The notes: generated from the sequence alone by a model not told the origin. 64,000 nucleotides of DNA from Chrysomallon squamiferum (GCA_012295275.1 CM022672.1:26164001-26228000), one strand, 5' to 3'; positions 1 to 13,700 are shown, numbered from the stretch's first letter. Translations and numbers: made by a program.

Positions 1-3000
1 GTCGCTGTTGTTCTTCCTGTGGTTTGTGCATTCTGGGAATGGTCTTGTCAGACTCGGTTCTGTTACTGATGGTGCTCAGGTCTCTGATTAAAAAAGTTTA
101 TACTATTTTATCAAGAACCATTATTAAATTTTTGAACATAATATTTTCCATAAAATCAGTAGTAGATTACTAAATAAATTGAAATAGTTTCATAAGTTTA
201 TTATAATGACATGTGCTGCACCATAGATTTAATCTATCAAGCAAATGGTTTAAATGATTGTCTATAAAATGTTTATATCTTGTTGTACACATCATTTTAT
301 TGTTCTTCCACCTGCAATTCTGTTAAAGATTCTTTAATTAATTTTTGTGGGTTTTTATTTAATATTAGCATGATTTAACATTTTTAATTTATTATATCTA
401 TATCTGCTTTTCAAAGGCTGATACAACTTCAGTGAATATTGCAGGAGAAGAAGCTACATGGAGGTACCCAGCAGATATCAGAAAGACTGGCAAATATGAT
501 GGGAGATTCTGTCCATCTTGACTGTCCTGTGGAGAGAATTGATATGCAAGACAATAATATTATTGTTATAAACAGCAAGAAAAAGGGGTACAAGGTGATC
601 ATAAATTTTAATTTAGATTTTGTTATTCAATTTAATACCAGTATTTGATTACAAAATTGCTGCATATTCAGCCATCATAGATGAATGTTCACAGTTGTTT
701 TTTATATTGAAGTATGACAAGAATAATTAGCAAAAAGTCCAGGAAGTAACATTTATATATATATATATATATGTGCATGGATAATGATGTGACTTTCATA
801 AAAATCTAAAACTGAAATCTAATAGATTAATAGATATAGCAGCTTTGAAGATGATTAAATACACTAAGTACATTGAAGGTAAACAAGAGTAAGTAAATTA
901 TTTGATGCTACCACATACCTGTTCATTCTATTTATATTTCTGTGTAAGATCTTACTTCATGTGTACATGACAAAGAAGGGAAAATGGCAGCATGTTGTTT
1001 TAAGTTATATAATTGCTTTAATGTATTCTAAGCAAATACAGGCCACTAGGATGAATAATAGTGTGTCTTGGAAGTATATTAACACTAGGAAAGCTATGTA
1101 TTGACTCACCATATACATATATATACATTTAATATACATTTAATATATAAGCAAACTTGTCAATTTTATCAACTAACCATGGTTGTCTTATATATATTTC
1201 AGTGTCAGTATGTGATCTTAGCTGTCCCTCCAGTTGTATTAAAAACAATAAACTTCACACCTCCATTACCAAAACACAAACTGGAACTTTCTCATTCTGT
1301 TTCCAAAGGTGCAACATTCAAAGTAAATGTGTTTTATGAGACTGCATTCTGGAAAGATATGGGTAAATATAAATAGATACATAATTTTTTTAATTATATT
1401 TTGTATTTTTTATATATATATATGGAATGAATATTCACACTTGCCTATACACCTTTTATCAGGTACTTCACAATGATATTATATATTTCAATTTTCACTT
1501 TGTACAACAACTAAACATTATATTATAGTTCTGAGAATTTATTTCTTCTTAGAGATTATGTACAGTATGAGTTATATAAATTGTAATTGATGGTATAAAT
1601 ATACAAATAACCATAATAAATTTATATTAAATTTATTTTTGATTCTGAAAATAGTATCCTTCGAGCAGAACAATTTTCTCACTTATTAATTTTTCTTTTC
1701 ACTTCCTTCCTCCCTCTCTGTCTCATATTTTATTTTATTTTATCATTTTTTTTCAAATTTAATAATATAGATTATTTCAGGTTTATGTGGACAAGCTATC
1801 TCAGACAGTGGTCCATCAGGTTACTGTGTAGATGACACTAAACCAGATGGTTCTCATCCAGCACTAATGGCTTTCTTTGTGGCTGATAAAGGGCAACAGA
1901 TGCATTCACTTTCACAGGAGGAAAGGTAAACAGAAGGAATAATTAAATAATGGCCACAGTAACAAGAATTAATACATATGTATTTTATTAACATTAGCAA
2001 TGAATTTTATTATTAATGTATTTTTTATATCAGACGTGTTTTTTTGTTCTAATAATTATGATAAGAATTACAAGCACTATCTGCTCTTATAAGAAGCTTT
2101 AAGGGAATTTTTAGTTTTAAGATCAGGAAATTATGTCTTGCTTTAACTACAACATTAACTCTTTCACAGCTAACAAAATCCACAGTGTATTAGTTTATCT
2201 TTTACAAATCTATTATGTTTCAAACATTCTAAGCAGTAATTTTAATGATTTTTTTTTTTACATTTACTTGTAGAAAAAATGCTATTTGTCAACATTTTGC
2301 AAGAGTCTTCAAATGTGATAAATTTTTACAGGTAATAGTTCTTTTATCTTTATTTTGATTATGTATCATCTAACTGTTCTCTAGGGATTGTATTACCTTG
2401 CTTGCACTCTGTTAAATTAGCCATTATAAATAAGCAAAGACTTAATTATGCCAGTTATTTATCTGATAAAATACAGTAGACTATATATTCAGTCCCTGTT
2501 CTGAAAACTATATATTATTATTTCTGTTGTTTTATTGTGTTGCTTTGTCAAAATGTAACATTGATGTTATTTTCTTTCTTCATAAATCCTGGATCCACCA
2601 AACATTTTCACCAGATGTTTTATCATTTCAGCCACTTGGCTATATTGAGAAAAATTGGATGGATGATGAATTTTGTGGTGGCTGTTGTGTTAATAGTTTT
2701 CCACCATGTGTGCTCACAAAATATGGCAGGTAAAGGTTTGATGAAATGTAACTTTATTTTATTGTTGGGTTTTTTCACCGTATATTGTGTGGAGTTGTCT
2801 GCTTTTAGTTTTAAATTTTTATTTTAATTAGCAATTTATTTGTTGAATTATTTCTAAATATTTAAATCCTATCCCATTGTTGTTTCAGAGCAATTCGAGA
2901 ACCTGTGGGTCACCTACACTTTGCAGGTACAGAGACTGCTACAGAATGGATGGGTTACATGGATGGAGCTATTCAGGCTGGAGAAAGGGCTGCAAGGGAG

Positions 3001-3578
3001 GTAAAACAGATTTCATTGTTGTTTTTGTTTTTGTTGTGGTTTTTTTTTGGTATTATCTTAAATCTAATTTACAAACTATTTTTTAAAATAGATTATGTTT
3101 AATTAAAGTATTAATGGTTTAGTATTTTCAGTTTTGTTTTCAGTTTGGTTGTCCGAAAAATGTTTTACATACAAGCACAAAAATATGATGTTAGAGACAA
3201 TTATCTGTTTTGGCCTCACCATTCAGATCTGAAGTTAACTGATTGTAATAGTGATTAGTGTACTAGAATATCCATTGCAGCCAAGCCATTTGTTTCTTCT
3301 ACCAGTTATTATCTTTTATGTACTTTCTCACAACAGGAAGTTAACCTATTCTGTATCTTAGAGGCATATGTTGTTCTTTGTTTTTTCAGATTCTTCATAA
3401 AATGGGTTTAATTGGAGAATCAGAGGTCTGGCAGTCTGAACCTGAATCTGAACCTGCCAAACCAATAACCTTGACCTTCTTAGAGAGGTCACTTCCTTCA
3501 GTATCTGGATTAATAAAGTTTGCAGTCTCATTAATAATTATCATACCAGCAGTTATCATGTATAGATTCCTTGACTGA
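1..3578 (+). CDS. MAO: Flavin monoamine oxidase (MAO-A/B-like), 5'-truncated by the window; last 8 coding exons
   Basis: GT-AG exons <1-79, 445-594, 1203-1362, 1781-1925, 2274-2331, 2632-2729, 2889-3000, 3390-3578 join in frame. Motifs: [77 protein letters not shown], and a C-terminal [10 protein letters not shown] plus hydrophobic membrane anchor. Confidence 0.93.
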
Positions 3579-3781
3579 AAGATGCTTTACTTAGATACAT
3601 TTTTGTATCTAGTTTTAACAAGATATGATTAAATAAACTGTAAGCATTATTATATAAACTAAATACAGTGAAAAAGATGGGACAGCTCCATTGCCAGAGA
3701 AAACCAAAAACTTTGTGGCATATCACCCAACATTGCCAGCAAATCAAATAATAAATGTATAATATTTTAAAAATGAAAATC

Positions 3782-4443
3782 TGTATTTTATATTCATTAC
3801 ACTGAAAAGGAAGACAGTATGTTTAAGCACATAAACTCATTACTGAAACAAAATATTTATTAAAAAATATTATTTTCTGGATATCATACATTTCCAGTTA
3901 TATTTGAAATATATATACTTAATGATATATGTACTTCTGTTTCATTGTTATACTTTTGTTGCATCTGTAAGAAATGACAATTGTTCTGTTGTGTTTTTTA
4001 AGAACTGACAATTATTCTGTTGTATTTTTAAGAACTGAACATGACTGTCTTCGAGTTTCAAATTATTTTGTTGCATTTTTAACAGTGTAAAATTTGTATT
4101 TTATATTCATTACACTGAAAAGGAAGACAGTATGTTTAAACACATAAACTCATTACTGCAACAAAATATTTATTAAAAAATATTTTTTTCTGGATATCAT
4201 ACCTTTCCAGTTATATTTGAAATATATATACTTAATGATATATGTACTTCTGTTTCATTGTTATACTTTTGTTGCATCTGTAAGAAATGACAATTATTCT
4301 GTTGTATTTTTAAGAACTGAACATGACTGTCTTCAATAGTAACAGTTCAACATTATATTTTTGCATTCAAAATTAATTCAACATTATTTGGGTTTATTTT
4401 GTAACAGTTTGAAATTATTTTGTTGCGTTTTTAATAGTGTATA
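3782..4443. repeat. Tandem direct duplication, period ~313 bp, between convergent MAO and P5CS 3' ends
   Basis: TGTATTTTATATTCATTACACTGAAAAGGAAGACAGTATG... starts at 3782 and again at 4095, near-identical for ~240 bp with small indels. The tail AAATTATTTTGTTGC.TTTTTAA.AGTGTA recurs at ~4060 and ~4412. Confidence 0.93.
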
Positions 4444-4493
4444 TCATGAATCACCAGTTTTGCACAGATATCTAAGTAAAACAGATAAGTGTT

Positions 4494-6803
4494 TTATATC
4501 TCATCCTCAGTGTCTGATATCACAGGAAGAGGTTCATGAATGTATTTCAGTTTCCCTTCATGGAAGTCGGACACAACTTGTCCTGCACCATGTAGCACCC
4601 ATTTTGTTGTTAGTAGTCCTTCTATCCCAACTGGACCTCTTGCATGGATTCGAGATGTACTAACACCAACTTCAGCACCTGTGAAAAAATATTTAAAACT
4701 GACACTTGTGTTCTGTTAAAGTTCTTATATGATACAAAGCTACCGTCACAACATCTCTGGTTTTAATAGTATTTCAAAATGGACTTCAATTAAATAGGGC
4801 ACTAAATATTTCACTAGTCAGACATTAACAAATGTGACCTATTATAATTTTAGAATTATTCCACTTTTAGGTAACAAGTGTAATCTTATTATTGTTGTTG
4901 TTACCATTATTGTCATTCAATTATTGTTAATATTATTAATTAACAATTTACCAAGTCCAAATCTGTAGCCATCAGCAAACCTGGTACTAGTATTATGGAA
5001 GACACATGCGCTGTCCACAGCCTGCAGAAAATACTGTGCAGTTTCCTCTGCAGAAATAATATGAAATGAAAATTTTATAGGATTTCATGTTTGTAATTTA
5101 TACTGAACATTATTTTTAAATTCTTACTGCAATTCATATAGGAATTTATACAATAATTCTTCTTAGAATTTATATAGGAGTTCTTAATTTGATTAACATT
5201 TATGTAATATTTTTATATATATTTATACACACTCACACACATTTGATGTTCATATATTTTAAAACATACTATTATTTGTGACAATTGTGTCTGTATGAGA
5301 ACTGCTGTATTTGTTGATGTGTTCTACTGCCTCATTTATGTCATCCACAATTTCCACCGTGCATTCAAGAGCACCATACTCCTTTTTCATATTAGACACT
5401 GGGGAGGGGCAGAACTTGAGGCATCCAGCAAACCTTGGACCAGCATGTATTTTGACCTAAAATACAAAATGTATATATCAGAAACATAATAATAAAAATA
5501 AATTATAATTAAAATACAAAGGAAGGCTTAATTAATACATTTACTATGTCAGTATTTTAGTGAATATTTGGAAACATTTTTAATAAAAAGGGCTTAAATA
5601 ACAAAATAAAAATAATAATAAACTTTTTTAAATTTTACAAAGACAAAAATAATGCCTGAATTTTTAAATATTTATATACGGAAAAAAGTCTTTGGCCTTA
5701 ATAAACAATTTACTGGTTATTCTGATGTTGAGTTAAAGAAAGCATAAAAACCTTATGACATTTTCTGTACTATTAACTCTTCTGTAATATGTATTAGAAA
5801 GTAAAAATTTTAACAGAAGACTTACTTTTTCTTTTCGTAGCATGTCAAGCAGCTCATCAAAGAGTGGAGTATTAAGTAATGACTTGTGAATCAGCAATGT
5901 TTCCATGGCATTACAGGCAGCAGGGTAGTCACATTTAGAATCCCGAACTGAATAACAAAATATCACAAACTATATTTCTATTTTTTAACATTTATATTCT
6001 TTTTATTATACAGAATGTTCAAAACTAGTAACATAGGAAAAATATGTTACCTTAAAATCTTTGTTTTATATCACATACACTCTTCAAGGTTTGAAGATAT
6101 ACTTTGAAACATTGTTTTAAATCAGTTTTTAGGCTTTTAAAACACTGAAAAATTATTATTTTATTATTTTATTATTTTATTATTAATAGTAGTAGTAGTA
6201 TTTTCAAATTTATATTTTTAATATTGTGTAAAAAAAAAGAAGAAAAAAGTGTAATAATATTGCTATGTACAATAATAAAGATCATATTTTTTAAGTATTT
6301 ACAAATGTTCAGCAATAAATATTAATAAAATTATTTTTAAAATATTTACAAACATATATTATTTTTGACTTGAACAGAAGCACTACTTGTTGTAATTAAT
6401 ATTTACCTATCCTTATGGCCATCTCAGATGTTGCATCTTTGTCAAGATAAACATGGCAGACACCCTCACTGTGACCAAGAACTGGGATTCCTTTACTGGC
6501 TTCTTCAATTTTCTTGACAAGCTCACTGGAGCCACGTGGTATGACAAGATCAATGTATTCATTCATGTGTAACAAGTATTCTATGTCTTCCCGTCTGCTT
6601 ACCTATTCATATTTATATAGAAATTATTGTGTGTTTATTTATACAATACTCGTAATTAACTATGTCCTAACTAATTTGTATCTTGAAAATATTACTTTCA
6701 TAAATAAGAGAAGTATATGCTTATATCAAAATGAAAATAATGTTAAAGGTTTTTGTAGGTATGATTTCATTTTTTTTTTTTTTATTATTATTATTGTTGT
6801 TGT

Positions 6804-6842
<39 letters not shown>

Positions 6843-7455
6843 TTATTAAAATTATTAACATTATTTATATATAAAACTGCTACTGTCAGATTGATCTTTT
6901 CTTGTAAAAAAAAAATAAAGAAAAAACATTTTTATGGAACCATCTCTCAGGTTAAAAAAGTGAAAACAATATTTTTAAAATATTCTTTTATCAAAGAGAT
7001 GATTACATAAAAAAAAAAAAAAAATATTTTTAAAATGTTTAATTTAAAAAAAAAAAATGTATTACTATTAGTTTTGTTTTTTGGGGGTTTTTGGGGGGTT
7101 TATTTATTGATATATATTGTAAATAATGTTTTTTTCTATACTGGCGCAGTTTTTATAAAATCATCATTTTTATACTGACTGTTCTAGGAGGAACATTAAA
7201 AATCTCTACTTCTCACTGAATCATACCAGTGAGATGGTCTCAACAGGCACAAGTGGTCTCAGAGCCTCTTGTACAATGTCATGAAGAATCTTGTTGCTGT
7301 GAAAAGCTTCTTTTCCACCTTTTAGTAACAGTCCATTTCCACTGCCAATAGCCAGTGCAGCAACCTGATATAACCACACAAATATATCAAAGAATCTAAT
7401 ACAGTACAGATCATAATCTACATAAGAAAAATGGTGGAAGAAGGTACTGGTGTTG

Positions 7456-7518
<63 letters not shown>

Positions 7519-10500
7519 TTATGTATGTATGTATATATAGAGAGAGAGAGAGAGAGATTGTTCAACTAAAATAAAATACTGGTGTACTTCCTCTGGATCC
7601 TTTGAAACATACTAACACATGCATATAAATATACGTAATTTATATTTAAATTCAAAACCTTTGCGTACAAAATTGTCTGAAAAAAAATATGAAGTTAAAT
7701 ATTGTGTAAATTACATCTACCTGAGGCAGGGCATCTGGTCTTGATTCAAATATAACCATGAGAACACCAATGGGAACTGTAATTTGTTTCAACATCAAAT
7801 CCTCCGCGATCTTTGTTCTCTTAATAACACGTCCAACAGACGAGACGGAATCTTGGGCGATCTGCCTCAGCCCAGCAGCTAGCGTATTTAGCTTTTTATC
7901 AGTGAGAACCAGACGAGCCACCATTGCTGTTGACAGATTACCTGGAAACGAATTATCATAGTTTCAAAACAAAACTACGAATTACTATAATTTCAACAAA
8001 ACGAACTTTTGTGTTATTTTATATTAACGATTTTAACTGATAAAGAAGGTTCTTTAAAATTAATAATAAACGAAATAAAATGTATATTTCCGAAATTGGA
8101 ATTACGGCGTTAGGGTAAAATATTTCTTAATTCAGTGCATATACCAAGTGACTTACGATTGGCATGTGCTTCAGTTATGTCCACTTGGTTTGCAGAAAGG
8201 ATGTCAGACTTGCGTTCAATGAGCAAATCTGCCAGACGATTTATAATGTCGGCTCTCTGCAAACCACTCAAAGCTTGGAGCTGATAACTTCCATGACGAG
8301 CTATAGATATTTTTTACACAAATAAATAAATAAATAAATGTATCAGTAAATAAATAAATAAATATATGTGTTTATTACCTATGAAATTTACCCAACATCA
8401 AAAGCATCAAAAATGCATTATTCGTCTGTTTAACTGTCTAAGCAGTATCTCGGAACGTTCATCATAATAAATGTGAAAAATTATTTTTGTTATTAACTAT
8501 AACTGTAAAAGAAACAAAATTCTATTCACCGTCCATTGCTTGAACTTCAACAGGAGTTCCCATGAAATCTTCTTTTGTGAAGAAAGTGCCGACTTTTTTT
8601 CCATTCACAATGTTGATGATGGCATTATCTTCACAGCCATTGCAGATCACAACTGACACCCCGTTTTTCAAAGCCCAGTTCGCTGCTCCTACCTAAGTTA
8701 AATAATTTTATATATCACCGCTATTCTCTGTTCACCTCCTTAAAAATATATTTGTGTTCAGAAAACTGTACACTGTATCATTTGTGATTTTGTTTTCAAA
8801 TGTTATGTTATGTACATATTTGAATTATTATGTAGGTGAGGTTACCTATGATTCTTATCCTCAGAGTGTTGTCTATCGTGGATTCCATACAAAAGTCAAC
8901 ATTTTCAGCTCACTGTCTTGGCTTGTGCAGATATAATGGCATATATGAAGATTCAATTACATTTTTACCCGTACCTAAACTATTTATTTCATTTAAAGGT
9001 GACCAGCACATATTGATTTACCTTTGACTCCATTCCTCCTTGACCAACACGTGATTTCTCTCCAAACACAATGTCCGTCTCCTTGCTGGCCGGACAGTAC
9101 GTGTGTAGAAGTCTCGAGTCAGGCTGGTCAGGAGGGTGTGTATATAAACCGTCAACATCCGACATGATGATCATCAAGTCAGCGTCTATTTCCACACTCA
9201 TTCTGGCAGCCAGGCTGTCATTGTCTTTTATACTGATCACCTAATAATTCAACATGACGGGTAATGCTTTCGTTTCATACTGCATTAATATTGTGTGAAT
9301 ATTTTAATTTATAAAGAAATAAAGAATGAAAAAAGAAAAAAAGGTTCTTGGCTAAACCCCAAAATTATTTTCTTTTGTTTATGTTTGTCACTGTTTATTA
9401 AACTGATGCAACATTGAAAGTTTAATGACCTTTTACATAAAATTTCTTACAGGATTACAAAATTATCAAGGACATATCAGATTTTACAGTATATTTATAA
9501 TTTATTTATTTGTTAGTTTCACAGATTATAAGAGTGTTGTTACGAACCCCAGAGAGGTCTTTGTCTGCTTCAGGTGGTGGCGCTACAGCATCATTAGCGT
9601 TTATGATGGGGATGATGTTCAGCTGAACCAACTCTAACAGCGTGCTTTGTAAATTCTTGCAACTTTGCTCATTCTGAAGATCTGGTTTAGTGACGAGAAC
9701 CTAGAAAAAAATTAAATTTTTGTGATTCTGAAAACATCTTCAAATATTATTTTCTATTTAAAAAGTATTATATTATTTCAGAATATATTAATTTTGTCAG
9801 AATATGTTGCCTTTCACGGAGATTCAAGATCCAACTGAGTTTTATTTGGGATAAGTACTATTAAATTACCTGAGCAACTCTTACTCCGTACTGCTGGAAC
9901 ATTGCTTCGTACAGCGACATCAAACCACTCTGGCCTACAGCTGCACAAGCTCTGGGTTCTAAGCCACTTTCGTCCTACAAGAAGAATCAAGCAAGAACTT
10001 TTATATTACGGCCACCTCGAAACACAATGCGAATAGAGAATTTTATATGGTGTGATATACTAGTCGTCGAAAAGAACCATACGTGTAATGGAGAAGAAAA
10101 ATAAATAAATAACAGCAACCGTTATGCTTAGCTCATGGCACAATTTATTAAAACAAACGTAATTTCTAATTACTTAGTAGAAATGAAATTAATTTTTTTG
10201 TTTTCTGGGTTGTTTGTTTTTATAACGACTTACACCGTAATCATATTTGTACATGGTTTCTCGGACACTCCTGGACATAAAAATTTCTTGTCGCAGTCTT
10301 TGTTTCCCATAAGCCACTGCTCCACTCGTCACCAGCATCAGCTCTCGTCCTTGATTCTGCAGTTCCGATACCTGTATGAAAATAAAACTCATGCTTATTT
10401 GAAACAATCAAAATCAGTTACATTGGTGTCATCGCATAATTTTGCGGTCATGATTATTTCATCATTGCTACAACTACCCCAAAAAATGGATTTTAGGTGC

Positions 10501-11050
10501 CGCTCATGGTTTTGTGGTCGGCTGGATCCAATACGTCTGACAATTATATTAAACACACTGGACAGACAATATTTCCCCCCGATCCGCATCATTTATATAC
10601 AGGGCTGCTTCTGAATATATCAGTGTCTCAAAACAATTTATTGCTGGATTGATCCGTGGATAGCTCAGATAGATATGGACTAAAGGGTGAGGTATCCGTA
10701 ACAGAAACATCACGTGTTGACATATCTATAACATAGATGTCTATAATTGAACTAAATAAAATAAATTCAAGCTGAAAACTTGCCTGTTCTACTATAGAAG
10801 CCAGTCGGCCCAGTGCAATTCCACATTCATCTTCCCTAGTGATGACGGCGCTACCAAGTTTGACTACAATTCGTTTAGAAGCACTAAGATCTGATCTCTG
10901 AAGAGCGATCTGGTGATGTGACGTGCTCGTTGTGAAGGCGGAGATCTGCAGCAAGTTCTTGTCCGTTACCTGTGTTTTCTGGGATACGACCACTCTGCTG
11001 CCACACAGAAAACAGGAACTTTGTTGGAAAACCCTCACTACTCGAAACAT
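4494..11050 (-). CDS. ALDH18A1: Delta-1-pyrroline-5-carboxylate synthase (glutamate 5-kinase + gamma-glutamyl phosphate reductase), ~777 aa, 14 coding exons
   Basis: Exons 11050-10784, 10371-10234, 9974-9870, 9700-9548, 9240-9022, 8692-8530, 8300-8157, 7941-7721, 7364-7227, 6602-6407, 5947-5826, 5456-5270, 5047-4952, 4678-4494 give an open frame. Motifs: [64 protein letters not shown] (catalytic Cys), [31 protein letters not shown]-terminus [10 protein letters not shown].. looks like a mitochondrial presequence. Confidence 0.96.
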
Positions 11051-11071
11051 TCTGAACGTCACCTAAATAAC

Positions 11072-11072
<1 letters not shown>

Positions 11073-11123
<51 letters not shown>
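11073..11123. repeat. (AAT)n microsatellite just upstream of the P5CS exon acceptor
   Basis: Directly visible run; it produces the spurious poly-N/poly-Y ORFs. Confidence 0.95.
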
Positions 11124-11126
<3 letters not shown>

Positions 11127-11911
11127 CGAAACTAGACCTTTGGGTTCCTCTGAGATATCATACTTCAGCACCGCACTGCATTAATGAGCCAAACTTGTTC
11201 ATTATAAACGTGATTAAAATATAAATTATATATTCCTTAAAGAAAAGGCTAATTAACTAAATAAAAATATAAGCAGATAAATATAATGCAATCAGTTTAT
11301 CTACTAATGTTTCTGAATATTTAAAAATAATAAAATACCTTAATGTGTTCAGTATAAACTATACACTGGATGAGGTAAATAACTGACTGCCGACGTCTGC
11401 AATATCTCAGTTGTAAAAGTCAAATCCTAACTTTGAAAACAGATTTAACCTTTCCCCATCTTAAAACGAAAGAAAAAAGATTCATGTAACAGATACGGTG
11501 AAGTAATATGAGAACCCTACAACACAAAACTGATTATATTAACTGTATTATTTCTATCTAGTTACTCATTAAAAGCGATGGACCTCAAAATTACTTCATC
11601 TTATTTGGCACAAATCGATATGTACTCTTCATCTAATTTTACACGTAACCATAGAACATGTGTATTTTAAAGATTACACAGCAGTAATAAAATAAGTTAA
11701 AAAACAAACAAGGACTCTCGTCTTTAGCCTATACTCCGTTATTAATCATCTTTTGTTTAAACAGTCACGTTGTGATATTTATTATATTACATATTTTGTT
11801 ATAAGATATCCAGTAGATTCTTGTCTATCAGCCACAGTCAGGTTTACGTCCATATCTTGACAGGTTTAAACCACTGAAGTGAATACGACGAGTTTACGAT
11901 GAAAACAGAAC

Positions 11912-11914
<3 letters not shown>

Positions 11915-12006
<92 letters not shown>
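11915..12006. repeat. (AG)n microsatellite
   Basis: About 46 perfect AG units. Confidence 0.97.
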
Positions 12007-12009
<3 letters not shown>

Positions 12010-12837
12010 TAGAACTGAAAATATGTTTAAAAAAATATGCTGAGGATTTGAAAGATTGGACTAACGTTACAATGTTGCTTAATTAATCTAGTTTTTAAAT
12101 CATTTCGAGGTCAGTTTATATTATGTTAATAAATGAACTTCGTTCACAGAGGCTTTTAAGTAAAACTTTCTTGACTTTGTTTAAAGCTTTTCTGTAATCT
12201 GAATAGTTTTAAACAGACACGCAAGCAAGAACGCACGCAGGCACATACGAACGGAAACATACGAAAATGCACAATCACAAATATAGCATTCACATTTTAT
12301 CACCGAGCCGTCATCAAAATTCTGTTCTCTATGTATCATAATAGTAAATATATCTGTATATTTTATACTCGATTTAACCCAGGGATTGAAGCCTCTATCC
12401 AAGAGTACCTCTTAGATAGGCATAATAATGATAATAAAATAATTAACTCCAATCAGTATAACCCCATATCAAAGACAACATTCATATATAATATTTTCAG
12501 TATAATTAATAGTTATGAGTTTAGACACCATTATATTGTCAAAGCGTTATAGATCTTTCATAAAGCCCCGAAAACTATCAGGTTCGTGTTGTCCTGCAGC
12601 AATAACAATATCATTAAGCAGCTGTGTCAGCAGGACATATTTAGCAATGTCTGTCTATGGTGACGTGTAAATAAAATTACTATAGTATTTTCTTTTATTT
12701 ATCTATTTATTTTCTTTCTTTTACAAAAAAATGACAACAACAATATTAAAATTCTGGTACATTAAAAAAAAAATTCAATGAATTGTAAAAGATTATTTCT
12801 TTACTAAAACTAATATGATTTTTATCAGCCGGCTTAC

Positions 12838-13110
12838 CTTTCCAAACAGCTATCAACAAAGGTGTATATATGGTTGTGTTAGTAAGTGTCCGGTATACTT
12901 ATCACTGTGTACACTGCAGCCGTCGTCTGATTCTCCGATTTCCACTGGGTTACATCATCGTGTTTCACGAGCCAGTGTTTACAGCGCTCTGCACGCCAGT
13001 TAGATGATGAAAACAGATGAAACGAGACGGAAGCCCTTGATGACGATATACCGTCGCTGACAAGGAAATGTCCTCAGAATAAACATAGGGTGTGGAAACC
13101 TATAAATACC
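12838..13110 (-). promoter_or_regulatory. Putative non-coding first exon and core promoter of P5CS
   Basis: Strong minus-strand donor AAG|GTAAGC at 12838/12837. An acceptor at 11063-11064 lies 12 nt before the ATG. TATTTATA (TATA-like on minus) at 13101-13108 in a locally GC/CpG-richer block. In-frame stops in this exon make 11050 the start codon. Confidence 0.6.
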
Positions 13111-13549
13111 ATAACTGCACGGTTCAGTGGTTCTGTATCTTCTCCTCTTCTCGCAGAGAGTACTAAATAATGACCTCCTCCATCAGCTGTTAACGGAGAA
13201 AGCGATCGATAGTCTGCGCGACATGCCGGGGTCATGCGGTGAACTCGCAACATGGCAGAACTAGCGTTACACACAATGACAATCTGTACTGTGGCCGTTT
13301 GACCTGCTGGACACAAGGATAACAGAGTCGTTGATCGGACAGTTAATTAAAACACTTTTCTGTTTAATATACACACGCACACACAAACATTTGTGTGTTT
13401 GTGTGTGTTTTTTAAGGAGAGTAAGATCCAAATTCATTTAAAGAAAGATAAAGGATATATTCCAAAAACATTGATATATATATATATATATAGGCATTCA
13501 ATCACACTCGCAAAAACATATATAGTTTCACTCATACATACATATAGAC

Positions 13550-13616
13550 ACATACATACATACATACATATATACATACATACATACATACATACATACA
13601 TACATACATACATACA

Positions 13617-13666
<50 letters not shown>

Positions 13667-13700
13667 CATACATACATGCATGCAGACAGACAGACAGACA
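13550..13700. repeat. Compound (CATA)n/(TA)n/(CAGA)n microsatellite
   Basis: Directly visible; it produces the HTYI/MYVC pseudo-ORFs. Confidence 0.95.

Noticed and set aside
4361-4663. 100-aa plus-strand ORF
   Set aside because: Antisense to the last P5CS exon, with a non-ATG start.
10415-10470. C/D-box-like ATGATGA...CTGA on minus in the P5CS intron
   Set aside because: Only ~50 nt, no clear terminal stem or recognisable rRNA guide; better explained as a CARE motif or chance.
10135-10614. 159-aa plus-strand ORF
   Set aside because: Antisense shadow of a P5CS exon and intron; no recognisable motif.
10884-11224. Poly-Tyr/poly-Asn ORFs (similar ones at 13393-13844, 16082-16279, 17526-17839, 18527-18835, 21618-21842, 25876-26088)
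   Set aside because: Translations of microsatellites; no coding signal.
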